The notes under the pieces: generated by a model
Database searches by the model: none
Seen by the model: only the letters and a program-made list of their open reading frames with translations
What the model was told of the DNA's origin: nothing
Shown here: piece after piece, positions 48,801-62,500 of the stretch
How the letters are laid out: each line of letters opens with the position of its first letter
Position numbering within the stretch: the stretch's first letter is position 1
Position numbers and translations under genes: made by a program
Origin: Oikopleura dioica
Taxonomy: Eukaryota > Animalia > Chordata
Assembly: GCA_907165135.1 (NCBI GenBank)
Contig: OU015569.1
Coordinates: forward strand, 6,324,001 to 6,388,000
Length of the DNA: 64,000 bases
Direction: 5' to 3'

Positions 48801-50715
48801 GGGACCGAAGACTCAACAGGAAGCTTGCACAAACCTTATTCACCCTGAGTGTCCGACTTGGTCCGATTGGAAAATCGCTGCCGAATGCTCAGTCACCTGT
48901 GGTCAAGGTGTTCGCTCATACTTTAGGACTTGCCAAAATGGACGAATCAATGAGCCCGGTTGTGTTGGACCTGCTGCTCGACAAGAACCTTGTGATACAG
49001 GTACTATTAGTTTTGTAGATCATCATTTACTACATCGTCAACGACAGATTAATGACATAACATAAAACTAGGAAGGGAGTGTGCACTCTGGACTCAGTGG
49101 TGCGAGTGGACTGGTTGCTCCGCCACATGTGGTCGAGGAGCTCAAGTAAGAGAACGTCAGTGTGTCAATGGCGAGCCTGGAGAACCTGGATGCGAGGGAC
49201 GAGCAAACGAGAGAAAGGTAACTTGGATCAGATTTCATCTCATAAAATTTAATGAAGATCTGTTATGCCGAGCAAATAGCATGTCCCGAGTGGACACCAT
49301 GGAGCGAATTTACCGCTTGCTCTGTGTCTTGTGGAGAAGGCCTGAGAACTCGAGTTCGTGATTGTCGCAACGGAAACATCGGCGACGATGGATGTATCGG
49401 AGAGCCCGAAGAAGCTGTCGAGTGCGAAGCCAGTCGTCAATGTCCCTTCTGGTCTATTTGGGGATCATTTTCTTCTTGTTCCGTCACTTGTGGAGAAGGT
49501 GAGAGGACAAGAACACGCGAATGTGTCCATGGGAGAGAAGGAGAAATTGGATGCGAGGGCACCTCCGTCGTTGTGAGCATGTGCTACGGTGCTAGACGAG
49601 AATGCGAATACTGGAGTGAATGGAGCGAGTATGGACAGTGTTCTGGTGGGCATTGAACTAGTTTTCAGTATTTTATCTATTAAGTAACTTGTGACCGTGG
49701 AACACAACAACGAACTCGTGAGTGCATCAATGGACGGCCAGGTGACGTAGGCTGCCCTGGAAGCGCCTTCGAAGCTATCCCCTGCGAAGAAGAGGCGTGC
49801 ATCCGATATGTTGATTATCCTGATGCCAATCCTGAGCCAGTAGAATGTGACGAGAATCCTGATTATGGAGGTGACCCTAAATCAAATCGGAATCGGCATT
49901 CATTTTTTATATAGATCAAGATAATCAGGAGCCACTCGAACGAATTGAAATCGAGCATCGCGAGGATGAGCCATTTGTCATGCCTGCTCCACCTGTAATT
50001 ACTTTCCTTTGCATACGTCATGCTAAACTGGTTTTAGCCAACCAAGGAACCCACCCCAGCCCAAGATATCACTTGCGGTGGAATTCTCGAACGCGACTCC
50101 CAGCAATGCTCCTCTCTTTTCCAAGAGAGTTGCGCAGCCTGTGACTCTTCCCTAAGCTCTGTCTGCTCCGAGTATTATAGCCTCAAAGTCAAATTGGAAG
50201 AGCTTCATCACGAGATGAAACAATGTGAAGCTCGCAAGAAGTTCTACGCTGAGCGAAAAGCTGAACTTAACATTCAATACATGGAACTCCAACAGGTAAA
50301 AACTCCGCGATTACAGAAAGCGTTAAAAATGTAAACCAGAATGTAAACGAAAACCACCAATGGGCGTTGAATATGGCTGTCAGTCTTCTCCCCGCTGACG
50401 CTACATCTCCAGCGGAATACCCACCTTGCGATATCAAATCTGGTAAGAGAAGTTTATGAGACTATTTATCATTTAAAATTTTCAGCAACCGTACAACCCG
50501 AGCCTAGCCAATTCGGCTTCACGATCTCCGTTGTTGCGAAAATGAACGTAACCCCCTATTCCGAAATTCGGATCGACATGGACTTCAACCAACCTTTCTC
50601 CAACTGCTGCAGCAGCAGACAAACAATGGCACGAACTCGACGATCTCTTGGAAATCGGCTTATTCTTAAATTGAGGCAGATTTCTGAGCGAAATACGCCC
50701 ATGTCTTACCCCTAG
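45876..50715 (+). CDS. Secreted clusterin-like protein with an inserted Ser/Gly-rich region and seven thrombospondin type-1 repeats
   Basis: Signal peptide MKIQVFFAALLLMDGVAG, coiled coil, Cys cluster CQTNFTSMHKSCNTCIMEKCQDYYRNNC, seven WxxWxxCSxTCGxG repeats (~48460-49800), second Cys cluster CGGILERDSQQCSSLFQESCAACDSSLSSVC, coiled coil, NVNENHQWAL, stop at 50713-50715. Confidence 0.8.
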
Positions 50716-50972
50716 CCTTTACCAAATTTACATCCATTGAACAAAACTCATTGAAAAAAAATACGCGAGCTTTTATCGCGTGGATATCTTACTGCTTCTA
50801 TGTTCTATAATGATAATGAATAACGCGAGACAAAAAGTCTTTTTGTTCAAGATGGTTATTTATTCAATTTATTAAGCAATTGACCTTTTTCCAGTCTGGA
50901 AAATTCCAGATACTAGATAAAGAAATATTTCTCTGACAAAGAAATAGAAAAATGGCCGATCCTTATCTAGAA

Positions 50973-52067
50973 TCAGAAGAAACAGTCAAACTCGTCCTCA
51001 TCAAGAACTGGCTCTTCTTTTATTTCAGTTTTGGTCGGCTGAAAGTCGTAGATGATGTTCTCTGTCAAGATTCTTTCAACGGGCTCTTCCTTAACTTCGG
51101 CTTTGATCTCTTCTTTGACACTTTCTTGAACCAGGATAGTTAAAGCTGTGTCATCGTTGATTTTTGGACTTTCAGGACTCTTTTCAAGGGACGCTGTGGG
51201 ATGAAAGATCTTGATCTGAATCTCTCCAGTTAGCGTGTCGGTATATTCTAAGCTTCTTGGAATCCCTGAAACTTTTGCATGGTCAATGAAGTTCTGCTGC
51301 AAGTTGTCGTTGTTATTGGCCTGTCACAAGGGTCGGGGAATGAAAACAAAGAGATCACACCCATTATAAGAATTTATATGAATTTCAATTTAGCACTTTC
51401 AAGAATCTTGAAGTTCAAGATAACGATTTCCGCGCCGGTTCCTGGTGTTCGAGCTCGACATACTCTTGCGTTGGTCCGCGCGTCATTTCGTCGTGAACGC
51501 GTAGACGCTTAGCATCCGGGTGATAGTCCCATTTGTCGAAGCGCTTCGGGTTCTTGGGAAATTGTGGAATCGTAAGCGTTCCCCTGATTGTACTTTCATC
51601 GCCGTCCACAGGTCGCGGGTAGAGATCATATTCTTTCACATCAAATTTAGTTGGTGTGCAGGTGTGGATGTGCTTGTAATGATTGAAAAGGATGAACTTG
51701 AAATCAGAGAGATCGTTGTGATTGTCCCTCAGGAATTCCCAGTATGACTTGTGATCAAGGCACGGACCAGTGAAATATTCAGGAAACTTGATGGCGATTA
51801 CTGAAAGGCATTTCTTGTGGATGCAGCGGATAACCCTTGTGTTCTACGAAGAAATTTTCAAGCTGATTTCATTATCTAAATCACCTTAGATTTCGCTGTC
51901 GATCTCACTCGAAGTGTTGTCACGTACAATTCTCCCTCTATTTCTAAGTGGAAATGGATGGCCCCATGTTTGGAAACTCCAACAGCGTACAAGTTGGGAT
52001 TGCTCATGGTACCAGTCTTTTGTTTCGGGATCCTCGCCAAAATTTGTTCGGAGTTCATGATATTCAA
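50973..52067 (-). CDS. FLYWCH/WRKY-like zinc-finger nuclear protein
   Basis: SKHGAIHFHLEIEGELYV...IRCIHKKCLSVIAI...NHYKHIH pattern; acidic tail with VKEEP/IKEEP motifs. Confidence 0.5.
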
Positions 52068-52545
52068 GCAATCTAAAAAGAAACGGAATTAAATAGTCGG
52101 GGAATAAGTGGCCTATTCAGTTAAAAATTAAATTTTAATAATAGTAGTTCATATTTATTTAATTGGATATTTTTTGTAGAATATTCTTTTATTTTCCTTA
52201 TAATAAAAGCGAGCGAAAACTCAACTGAAAAATCTAACACATTGCGCGAAAGTTGATCGAGAGGCAGCCTCTGCGCTGAATTTTGCCAGAAAAGAGCGGG
52301 AAAAACAGAGAGTCAAGCAAAATTGGGAGCTATCATCCTTGTTTCTAGTGATGACAGGAGCGTGGAGAGTACGTTTAGGTAGAGAACCGAACAGGTTTTC
52401 TCCATTTTTATCGCGAGTTAATCAGGTAACTTTAATCAATTACCCAGCATCGGATAATTTAAGATTTTCTCACCTCGTCGAACTAGAGCACAGCCTAGTA
52501 CCAGTTCAGGTACGACCCTTTATATTTTTTGTTTAAAATCACTAG

Positions 52546-54235
52546 TTTCAAACCGACCGGGTACTCCTGTGAGACGCCGCCGCAGAACTGTTTCTGATTC
52601 TTCACTCAACACTGATCGCTTTTTGACACAAGTTGAGCGGGACGCCCTTGGACCTGTCAAGGAAAGGGCTTTGCTTTAGTTTACGTTCATAGTACTGAGC
52701 TTTGATCAGCTCTAGCAGCCAAGATCGAATACGAGTGTTTTGCCACCTCTGGTTGTTCTCGACAATCCAGACGAAGATCGCATCGAAAGACTACGAGAAC
52801 ACTGCCAGGTGAGATGAAAACATAGGCTTTAAAAAATTTTTACTAAGTGCACAATCTGCTTGGACTTGCCCGAAGAAAATGATGCGATCTATCAGTGTCA
52901 AATGGGCCACATTTATTGCCAGTTTTGTTTAGGTACTTAAAGAGCGAGATTATTGTGATAACCTTCATTTAGCTCGACTGATCGCCGACGGGGTCATAAT
53001 TGGAGGTGGTGCACACTGCGCCACTTGTAGAAGTACCTTAGATTGGAAACACGTCGTTAGGGTTCGAGCGATTGAAATGATGGCCCGAGAGTTGCCCAAG
53101 GACTGCGAATATTGCAATATGACAGGTACCTTTGAATGTCAGAACATTATACACAAGTTTTACCAGTTCAGAATACAACGATGAGTGCCCATAGAGAAGT
53201 CTGCGCTTTTAAAACCATTGAATGTGATTACAAATGGGCTGGCTGCACCTGGAAGGGCAGACGAGGCCAATCTTTGGAGCATATTGGGTAAGTCGGTTCA
53301 ATCTTACTCAATTGAAGCTATTATAAATAGAACATGTGATGTTGGGCAAATGCCACTTTCTCAAACGTTAGAGAGCGCGAAATCCGCCATCCAGTTGGTC
53401 AAAAACAAAGGCAACAAGGTGCAGCAGTTGCTGAAGCTTTACACAAGTGCCAACTGCTGGATGCAAGATATCTATATGAAAGCGTATCGAGTGAGCGAGT
53501 ATGGCCCCGGAAAACTTCGCTTTATATCTCCCGAGTTTGTCGCTCTTGATATAAGGAACCCGTTTTCTCCTCTAAATTCATTTATAAATCTGTAGTTTTT
53601 AACGGTTTAAAGTTGGCAGATGACTGGAACGATCGTTTCGGTGGAAAAAAATCCATCCAGGCCAACTCATGGCGAAGATCGCTCAGTGGAAATTCAGTTA
53701 ACAGCGGTGAATTTCCTCTTGAAATTTCTCATCTAAGTCATTCTAGCGGGGGCTTTCTTACGACGAGGTGCGATCAATTAACTTCATCATTCTGAAGTCG
53801 CCTAAAAGCATCGTGGAAATTATTCCAAGCCAGCATAAGCACCGCTTTGATCACGAATCCCCCTCTTCCGAAAAATACAAAGTCCATGTCAAGGAGAATT
53901 CCGACTATAATCGCCTTATTGGGGCACAGGAATGCGTTTGAAAATTTTATAAATCAAATAGCTGAAAAAGGGAAACTTTCCAAACGCTGTAAAGGGTATT
54001 TATCTGCGCGTTGTTCTGGCAAGGGTTGATGACGAGTATTCTGATGCATTGTCGCTTGAGTGTCTATATAATTTAAAATGAAAGTAACTCAACGAACTAA
54101 AATTCATTCGTTTTAAAGCGTGGACTTAACCCTTACTAACAGTTTGAAGACCGACGGGCATCCAATAACAACGCCGAGATCGATTACGACTCCTTCGTTG
54201 CTAATCTTCCTACGAGTATCGATCCTGTGCTTTAG
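52546..54235 (+). CDS. ZFTRAF1: CYHR1/ZFTRAF1-like RING + TRAF-type zinc-finger protein (start upstream, unresolved)
   Basis: CTICLDLPEENDAIYQCQMGHIYCQFC...CATCR...VRAIEMMARELPKDCEYC and ECDYKWAGCTWKG, matching CYHR1 CTVCLDLP..VYQCTNGH..C and CKYKRIGCPW. Confidence 0.85.
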
Positions 54236-55339
54236 CTCTTTATTTATTTTAAATATATTTTAATCGAAAAATTTGTATCACCGTGCGTTTGGTATTGATA
54301 GCAAGGAAGACAACTAAACTATGTTCGGATTAGAAGCTAAATGACAATGAAATTAAGTATCCGCGCCTTAAAGAAACTTGAGGTTATTGCGTTCAGTATC
54401 TCGGGTTTCCCGAAAAAGCTGGGGCCCAGCGCAAAATGTGAACGGTGAGTTAAGCTTGGTTAAGTCTCCCGCAGTACACAGATTCTCGTTTGTGATCCTT
54501 TTAAATGCGCGAGCCCTTGATACCCACCCATCTTTTTTTTAATATCCGGAGCTTTGGTTACGCAAAAAAAAACTCTTTGCATCCTTCTTTGATACCGTAT
54601 CATTGATATGAAACTCAAAAAGAACTCCTTTTCAAAGCGGGCGAGATCCAAAGGGGCAAAATTCATCTCAGATTCACGCTATCGATCACGGTGGTAAGAC
54701 TCTCGGCAATGAATTTAATCCACAGATTTGCGTTAAAACGCGGCTGGGAAAAAGGCACAAAGAAGCTAAAAATATGCTTCTGTTTGGCGCTCATGAACGT
54801 GAAAGATGTTTGGTTTTAAAGGCAGTTCATCGCACATTTCGAAAATTCATAAGCGAACCGTAGTAATCTTATCTGTAAAACCCCCAGCGAGCGATATCAG
54901 TTCTTGTCTGTTTTCTATACTTTCATATTAAGACAATCGGTAATACTTAACGTACTTTTGCTTTACACCAAACACAGCGAGTAATGGCAATCTGAAGAGT
55001 AATTCTATATATATTTCATTACATATTTGATTACAGTATTACGATAAGTTGCGCGAAGGATATATTACGAGAAGAGAAATAGACACTGGGATAAAATCAA
55101 ACTCAAGAAAAATTTGGAGACCAGAAACAAATGTTGATTAGCCAAATAATTTAACAATAAAAGCAGTGGAACGTTGAGAAGCATGATTTGAAAAAAAAAA
55201 CGAAAAAAATGCCGTAAAAAACAGTGAAAAAAAAACGAGAAAATAAACAACGCAAATAAGTAAAACGGGAGTATAGTAGAACTCTAAGAAGTTTAAAATT
55301 TACAGACGATGGTCATATTCATAATAGATGTCTCCGCCT

Positions 55340-56560
55340 CCATCTCTGTTTACGAACTCCACGCCGTTAATGAATGGTTGGCCACCAATGTCATTTGTGA
55401 TGTAGCGGACGGGTCCGTAGTTCGAGCTATCCATCGCCACCCAGTTTCCATTGCTTGAAAAAGGATAAAGCTGCCATCAAATTATTTTTACCCGTATGGC
55501 TGAGGAGGAGCAGCTGAAATGTAAGGTGTTGGCATAGGAGCACTTGCAAAAGCAGGAAAGTGCCCTTCATACCCAGTTATAGGCGGGGACAAGGCAGGAG
55601 AGAGGGGTGGAGCAGAACAAGGTGAGCTGCTGAGAGCGAGGGAATTGGGAGTCACGCTCAGCGGCAAGTAGCTCTGCGAAGAGGGCTGAATATTTTGAAA
55701 AATCGCAGCGCAGCGACGCAGAGGGATTCGGGTTGTGCTCTAAATAAAGATAATTCATGCAGACTTATACAATTATACTTTCGCCATCTCGACCTTGAGC
55801 TGGTTATGGAGCGTCAACCGAAAGCCATCCAACGACTCTTTGGCCCGTCGAGCGGCGAAATGACTCGTGAACGTCGCAAAGCACACTGTCTGGCCACCAG
55901 TGGGTGGAGGAGGCTTCAGCACGCATCCTTCATACTCAGCTACAATTTATAAGAAATCTTGTAAACGGTTATTCATTTCATACCACGAGAGCCACCACCA
56001 GTGAAGAGCAAAAAGAGCTCACGGTGGTGCACGTTTCGTGGCAAACCAGTGACAAATATCGTTCGCACTTCCTCCTAAAATGATTATTACCTCTCGCGCA
56101 CAAACAACTGGAAAAAATGCTTACATTAAATAACTTGCTAGGCTAACTCATCGAAATGCCACTTACCTTACTTTCGCCGGAACGAATGAAAGAATGCTCC
56201 TCAGCATGTTCCACGCTGGAAATAGAGATTTCGTGATTAACCTCCGATTGGACAGCATCGACCTCAGGGTAATAATATTCCTGGGGAAGATGCTGTTGGC
56301 CACAGACGATATGAGACGGCGGATGGCCAAACGAAGGATCGACGTAAACCTGGTTGTAACTCTGGTTGTATGTAGAAGCATGGTTGACGTATTGTTGCTG
56401 AGGGCATTGATGGTTCCATTGAAACTGATTCACGTACTGCGGCGGTTGCTGGAACTGCTGGTATTGAAACCCATAGTCGGGTGGATTCTGCACTGGAAAG
56501 CCGTGAAACTGGCCTCGGAATCGGCTAGCTTGACCAGCCTTAACAGCAAGTAAAGTAAGT
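55340..56560 (-). CDS. RBPMS/couch-potato-like single-RRM RNA-binding protein (ends approximate)
   Basis: EEVRTIFVTGLPRNVHHRELFLLF, YEGCVLK...VCFATFTSHFAARRAKESLDG and LRCDFSK (RBPMS LRLEFAK); Gln/Tyr-rich N-terminus. Confidence 0.8.
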
Positions 56561-59500
56561 ACAGGCGGCCTTGATTGGTTAATTAACGAACACTTATGAA
56601 ATCGAAACTCTAATAAAAACTTTTCCAATTTGTTTTAACCTTCAATGCACATTCCCCATATTTAAAATCAAACTGATAACTTTGCTTGATAAGAAATTTT
56701 ATCTAAGAAAGAGATTTGGCGCTTCACGCTGCGCGGCGCCCCCTAAACTGTCTGGCAGACAATCGGGAAAACGCTCAAATGCGCCGTGCGAGTCGTCGGC
56801 GGTGCTGCAAGTCTTTCTCTTATTCCAAAAAATCTTACCCGCGATCGCTTATTCTTGGTCATCCTTAGAAGTCAGAATTTCGACTCGAAAAGAAAGTAGC
56901 TGTCGAGAAAGTAAGCTTTTCCGGCTCGTTTATTGGATAGTTCCGAATGCGCACGCGCAGCTGCTTCGTCCATTCGCAGGCCGCCAATCTCAACTCGTCA
57001 ACTTTGACTCAAACCTACTACTACCCCTTTGCTCACATTTCCGCTTCCTTATCACGGCCTAACCGGACCTACTTACGAAATACTGCAGCCAACACACAAA
57101 ACGGAAATACCGCAAACGCACAAAACACCCCGATGCAGCTCAAAAGGGGAAGACAAAAAATCCTCAGGAAACCTACTATTGATAACTCACTAACCTGCTG
57201 TAGATTATAGAAGCTGGCGGGACTCTCGTAAATAGGAGCATAAATCATTTCTGATTTTTCTACTTATCAGAATTGGCAAGAGTGAGGCGCCGTTAGAAAC
57301 GACTAGCAATCACCGCCGCCGATTCTAGAAAAAAACTGCCTGCTCTCTGCACGTCGTGCTATTTAGGGAGATGCTACATTCAAGCGGCTACATCATTGTT
57401 ATACCGGCGATTTTGCTTACTTTCAACTCACCTTGAAATTTCCACTCATATTAATTTCTCGACTATTAATGGCCGTATGAGGAGCCATCAGTGCTTTAGC
57501 CCTGCCTCAGACAAAATTAAGATAAGCAGTCGATCTCCTTCTCTCTTACATCAGTGAAGCAAATGCCAGAATAGCTGAGGAGATGGGATGACAGTAATTC
57601 TGTCTCCATCGCCGAAAAAACAGTAATCTGTCTAAGAAGTTCGTGTTTTCTAATTGATTTAGAATTATCAGTTCAAAGGGAACTAATAGAGCATAACTTT
57701 CATCTTTCCATATTCTCGTTAAAACTTGTGCAGTTGAAAATACAAATGATTTTTTCTCAAAGGGGGCCTGAACATACTATCTGTGTGTGTGCAAAACAGC
57801 TTTCAGAAGCTTTAGAAAAGCTTCTTGGGCGAAAGTGGGAGAAGCTACGAGATCGGCTCGTCGAAAAGCTGAGAATATTTTGGGAATACAGAAAATTTCC
57901 CGAGAGACAGAAATCGACTTCCGAACGGGTCTACTTGTCCAGTTCAAAGAAACGGCGACATTTCTTGCAATTGCAGTTGATTTGGGATGACTTAACGAGT
58001 CACAAGTAGCCAGTTGTGTTGTTTTCATATCAGTTTCATTGAAAAAGAAAATAAGCGTTTTGGAATCGGATGAGGTGTTATCGTGCGAAGAAAAATTGTG
58101 TTGTTGGGATACACAAGGGAAAATGAAATTAATAAGCCGATTGGCAGAAAATATACACGGACGTTTATAGCCTTATGAGATTATATTTTGCGCCAGGTGG
58201 CCCCGGCGCTCTAGCGTTATTCAGTGAATTCTATTTTTTCGAAAATTTCGCGCTCCGCCCGCCTCTCTCCGCACTGAAACAACTTTCTTTGTTATTTCAA
58301 AAAGCCAACCTCAAGGCGGATTCGATGGAGTCGTAATTTCCGAAAAAATGGAAAGCCAAAACTCGTCTGGTATTGATGCACTTCAGAGGGCGATGCCGCT
58401 TCGAAACCATCTTCAAGTTTTTCGCCCTGGGAGCTTTCATTTTCAATTGGCCTGAATCTCTTCTGGTGGTTTATAAACACTGTGTATTTTTAGAAGAATT
58501 GAAGCAACGGGACGCTCCCGTTTTGGGCTTTTCGGTCGGGTTGCGGTCGACACCTGTTTATCAGGCACGGACACTATCGCCGAGGCCGTTAAGGTTACCG
58601 TAACCTGGGCCCGATTCATCTCAGAGGACTAAACAAAGCAATATGCAGCAAAGCACGTCTTTTAACGTGAAAGATGAAAGCCCGGGACGGCTGATGTCTT
58701 CGCCGAATTAAAATGGAGAAGGAGCTGTGTTCGTTATCACAAAAAAGAGCACGTTTCGTAATTGATTTTGGAATGAAGTTTTCTGTTGAACCAACCGGGG
58801 CAAAATCATTAACCTTCATCCCACTTCAAAAACAATCCAAAATCTGGCAAAGACAACCAATTTTTTGAAGCGTTTTATCACAGAAAGAGCTCCAGGCTCT
58901 AATTTAAGGAATTTTCTGGATTTGGACGGGTAAAAAGTGTGTATAAACGGTGGTGATGGAAATGAGCTCACTTAATAGTGCGCTAATCGGTCGGTTAGAG
59001 GTCATATCCTTAAGTTACTTCCGTCTCGCAGCCAGTACGAGTGTTTGGGCTTCACCAAAGCCAGAGGTAGTTGCGGGCTGGGCGTGCCTGTCCGGCCGGA
59101 TTTTTCGTCAAACGGCCGATCACGAAATTTCCAATAAGCAGCCACTCGTCCGATAATCCCTTCACTTTTGCCCAGGCCAGAGGTTTCTAACCTATTGTTG
59201 GATATTAGGGCCGGCATATAGCGATTTAATAAATCGACTTATCCAGCCAGCTCCGCACTGTTTTGGGCAATACAGTTCCTCACTTAGAGAGCTTTTCTGA
59301 TGGGATTTGTTAGACACGGGATTGCCGAAGCGGAATCAATCACTAGAAAACGCGCCAAAAAATGACTCTCGTGAAAACTGTTCAAAGAAAAGAGCTTGGT
59401 TATCTGTTAGTGTTGCAAAAGAGTGACTCGTTTAGAACCTTTTTGTTGCTTATCTCGCAGCTGGAGCCGTAATGAATGGGATTTATTCAAATCACTCGGA

Positions 59501-62500
59501 GACAACTCTCGAGCATGGAGCAAAGCTTTACTACCGAATTACGCGCACATTTCTTGAAACGCGTTATCAGATGACCAAAACAAGATGTACCGGGCATTAT
59601 TCTAGTAGTGAGCGTGTTGCTACGTCCCAGCTGACGTTGAAAAAGAAAGATAACTTGCTCCGCCGTTTTCTTTTTTACTTAATTTTCGCAAGCAGATCGA
59701 GTAGTAGTAGTCCCGTTTTCTTGAGTAGGAAATGCGACACTCTGTGTGTGTCTTGAAAAGTGGCGAGTTTTTTCCCATCAGATTCCTTGCCGGACATTCC
59801 ATGCAAAGGGCCTCTCAGCGCGTAAAATGATTTTTGTTCAACCGGGAAGCCAATACTACTGCATGCTGGTAAATGCTACCGAAAGCAATTTGCAGGAGGA
59901 GCGAAAAAGATCGCTAATCCGCTCTTATTGACACGTGCATTTGCGATAGTCTGGCTATCGACAGTCCCTTAGTCCACAGGAGGATTTCCGAATCGAAGCG
60001 AGTTAGTTAGTAGCGGCGCATATTCGAATTAATATTTACTTTCTGGAGAAAGTTTTTTGAAGTAGCGTCGGCGCCTCGACTGATTAAAATGACGCGAGCG
60101 CAAACAGCCGGTGACAGTGCGGACGCAGACGGGTTAACCGAAGATGCCATGGGCCGTGCAATACCGAATGTAAACCCCTTCAGAAGATGCATACTTTCAA
60201 CTTTGCTTAGGGTCAGTTTTATCAAAAACTCATCGAAAAGAGAATTCGCTAGTTGGCAACGGCTGCCCTGATTGCTTTTAATAGGCTGCGGTAAATGGAG
60301 ATTTACCGGGAAATTGTACAAATATCACACGAGCCTAAATCGCGAAACGAAGAGAGCAAAGAAAGTGGTCTAATTAGCACCGACCGGTGGAGTGATAAAT
60401 CACACCATTCTCAGATCGGCATTTGAGTTTTCAAAGAGAAGAAAAAAAAATTCTTGAACGCGGCGCGGAGGAGCGCTGCGCGGCGCCAGAGAGGTGGAAA
60501 ACGCGTGAAACGCCAACATGCGTACTTGAAAGTATTTTTACAGTTTTCTTAAAATAAATTCCTTCTAACGTTTTGTCAACCGACTGTTTATACATAACGT
60601 CGTCAAATAGAGATTCACGACACTCTGCGAAGAAGAGCTAAAGAAGCAAGGGAAGTCTTTCTACAGAGCAGGTAAAGTTTCTTCTGAAATAGATCTTCTG
60701 CGATTCAGTGAATGGTGTTTTATTTGCATTTGCTTGGCAATTTATAACACTTATCTATAATAGTAGAAAATCGGAGTTTTTTTCTGGAGAAAAGTTTTGA
60801 ATGTTTCCAATCTTTCTCACTCAGTCATTAGTGACATCGTTCAAATTGCATAAGAAATGCGATTTGCCGAAACCAGTGTTTTGGCAAAGGGATAAATGCG
60901 TATGTTCGCGATTGAAGTGGAAATGTCGTAGCTCGTTGTTCTTCTGGTGCTCTCCCAAAGTGGTTCCATTCCGAATGAATATTCAATCGTACTTGGTTTC
61001 CTTATTTATTCAAGCTCTTATATCCGGTAGAATCGTGGGATCCTCGTAAACCAATCGATCTCAATATAGTAGAGTTTGTCTACTCTGCGCTCATTATCAT
61101 TATTCTTCTCTTATCATAATAAAAAAATAATCAGATTAGTGGCCACTCATTCAATGCGATTCCATAACTTAAAAATAGATTTTCTTTTGACGAACTTTTT
61201 ACTTTTCAATTCGTAATTACGGCTAGATACGAGTTGTTTACCTTTCGGAAAACTGGAAGCTAATGTTGGCAGGATGCATAACCCCACTTGTTCAAATGAG
61301 GTTAATATTCGACCCCAAAACTAACCCGAGATACAAAACACGGATTAGTTAGTCGCTATTTAACACACAGCGGGCTTTGTTTATACCTTTCTAGCTTGGC
61401 ATTGAAAGCACTGCCTGATTTGCTCAATACAAGCTGAATATCATGCAGATACAGGTAGGCTAACCACAAAAAAAAATTAAACGGCGATTCCACTTTAAAT
61501 GTCACATACGGCGGCAGATACTTGGCACTAATCGAGAGCTTAGCTCCAGCTTCCGGACAAGCCTCTAGAACAACTTAGCGAACACTAAGTTTCCCTCAAC
61601 AAAAATTTTACCTATTCTGCGAAGAAGGGTTTTTCTGTTGTTTAGCGAATGTAGTGCGGGAGTGCCGTCAGGTGCTTAGCATGAACCGGCCTCCAAGTCG
61701 CCAAGTCACGATAATGTGATAAATGGGAGTCGGGAGTAGCCAGCTGCTCGTCCGCTCCGGCGCTGATGAATTAGCCGCTTTATCGCCAAAAATGTGAGAA
61801 AACAGAAACTCCGCTAGAAGTTTCTTGGCGCGATACAGTGATCGATTTGACACAGCCGCTATCCTTTCCATCTCATTCAAGCACCTCCGCCAGGCCTCTT
61901 CCATCCTGTCAATGATAACCATCTCATAGCTCTAAAATTTAGTCAGCTTCATCTTCTTCATTTCAGTCTCTAACGATTTTGTGATAACGTGAATTATGTA
62001 ATTCTCCCAGAAATTAATTGCTACATTAAATATCTTTATTCTGATTAATCAAGCTGAAAGAATAATTGACTAGAGCCCATGATCCTTGGTGTTTAATTGA
62101 TTCGCGGAAGCTGGCGGAGATGATCGAGCTTTGTGTAATCGGCAGACGCACGTTTACGAATTTTCGCATTTTTGGCGAAAGTGGGAATGGCGAAATCGAG
62201 CACCGTGGCCAGAACAATGTTTCATGTTTTTGTTCGACATTGTTTTACAACGAAATGCGGTACCGCTCTTTTGTTGACTTATTTACGTGTTCCAGTCTTG
62301 TCGCTTTCCTTGCTCTTGAGAAGACATTTAATTACGTGAAGAGCAAGATAGTGAAGAGCGTCTTTAGACAAATTCAAAAAGGAGTAACTTTCGTGATCGT
62401 AAGATAATTAATGGCTTCTGTTTTTCGGAAAGAGAGGGAATGTTCCCCACCGTGGTGCGTAAATTGCTGCTTCTGTCACGCTGATAAGGAGGAGCGTTTT

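Noticed and set aside
48460-49800. TSP1 repeats as a CRISPR-like or tandem DNA array
   Set aside because: The repetition is at protein level with divergent codons and introns; eukaryotic context.
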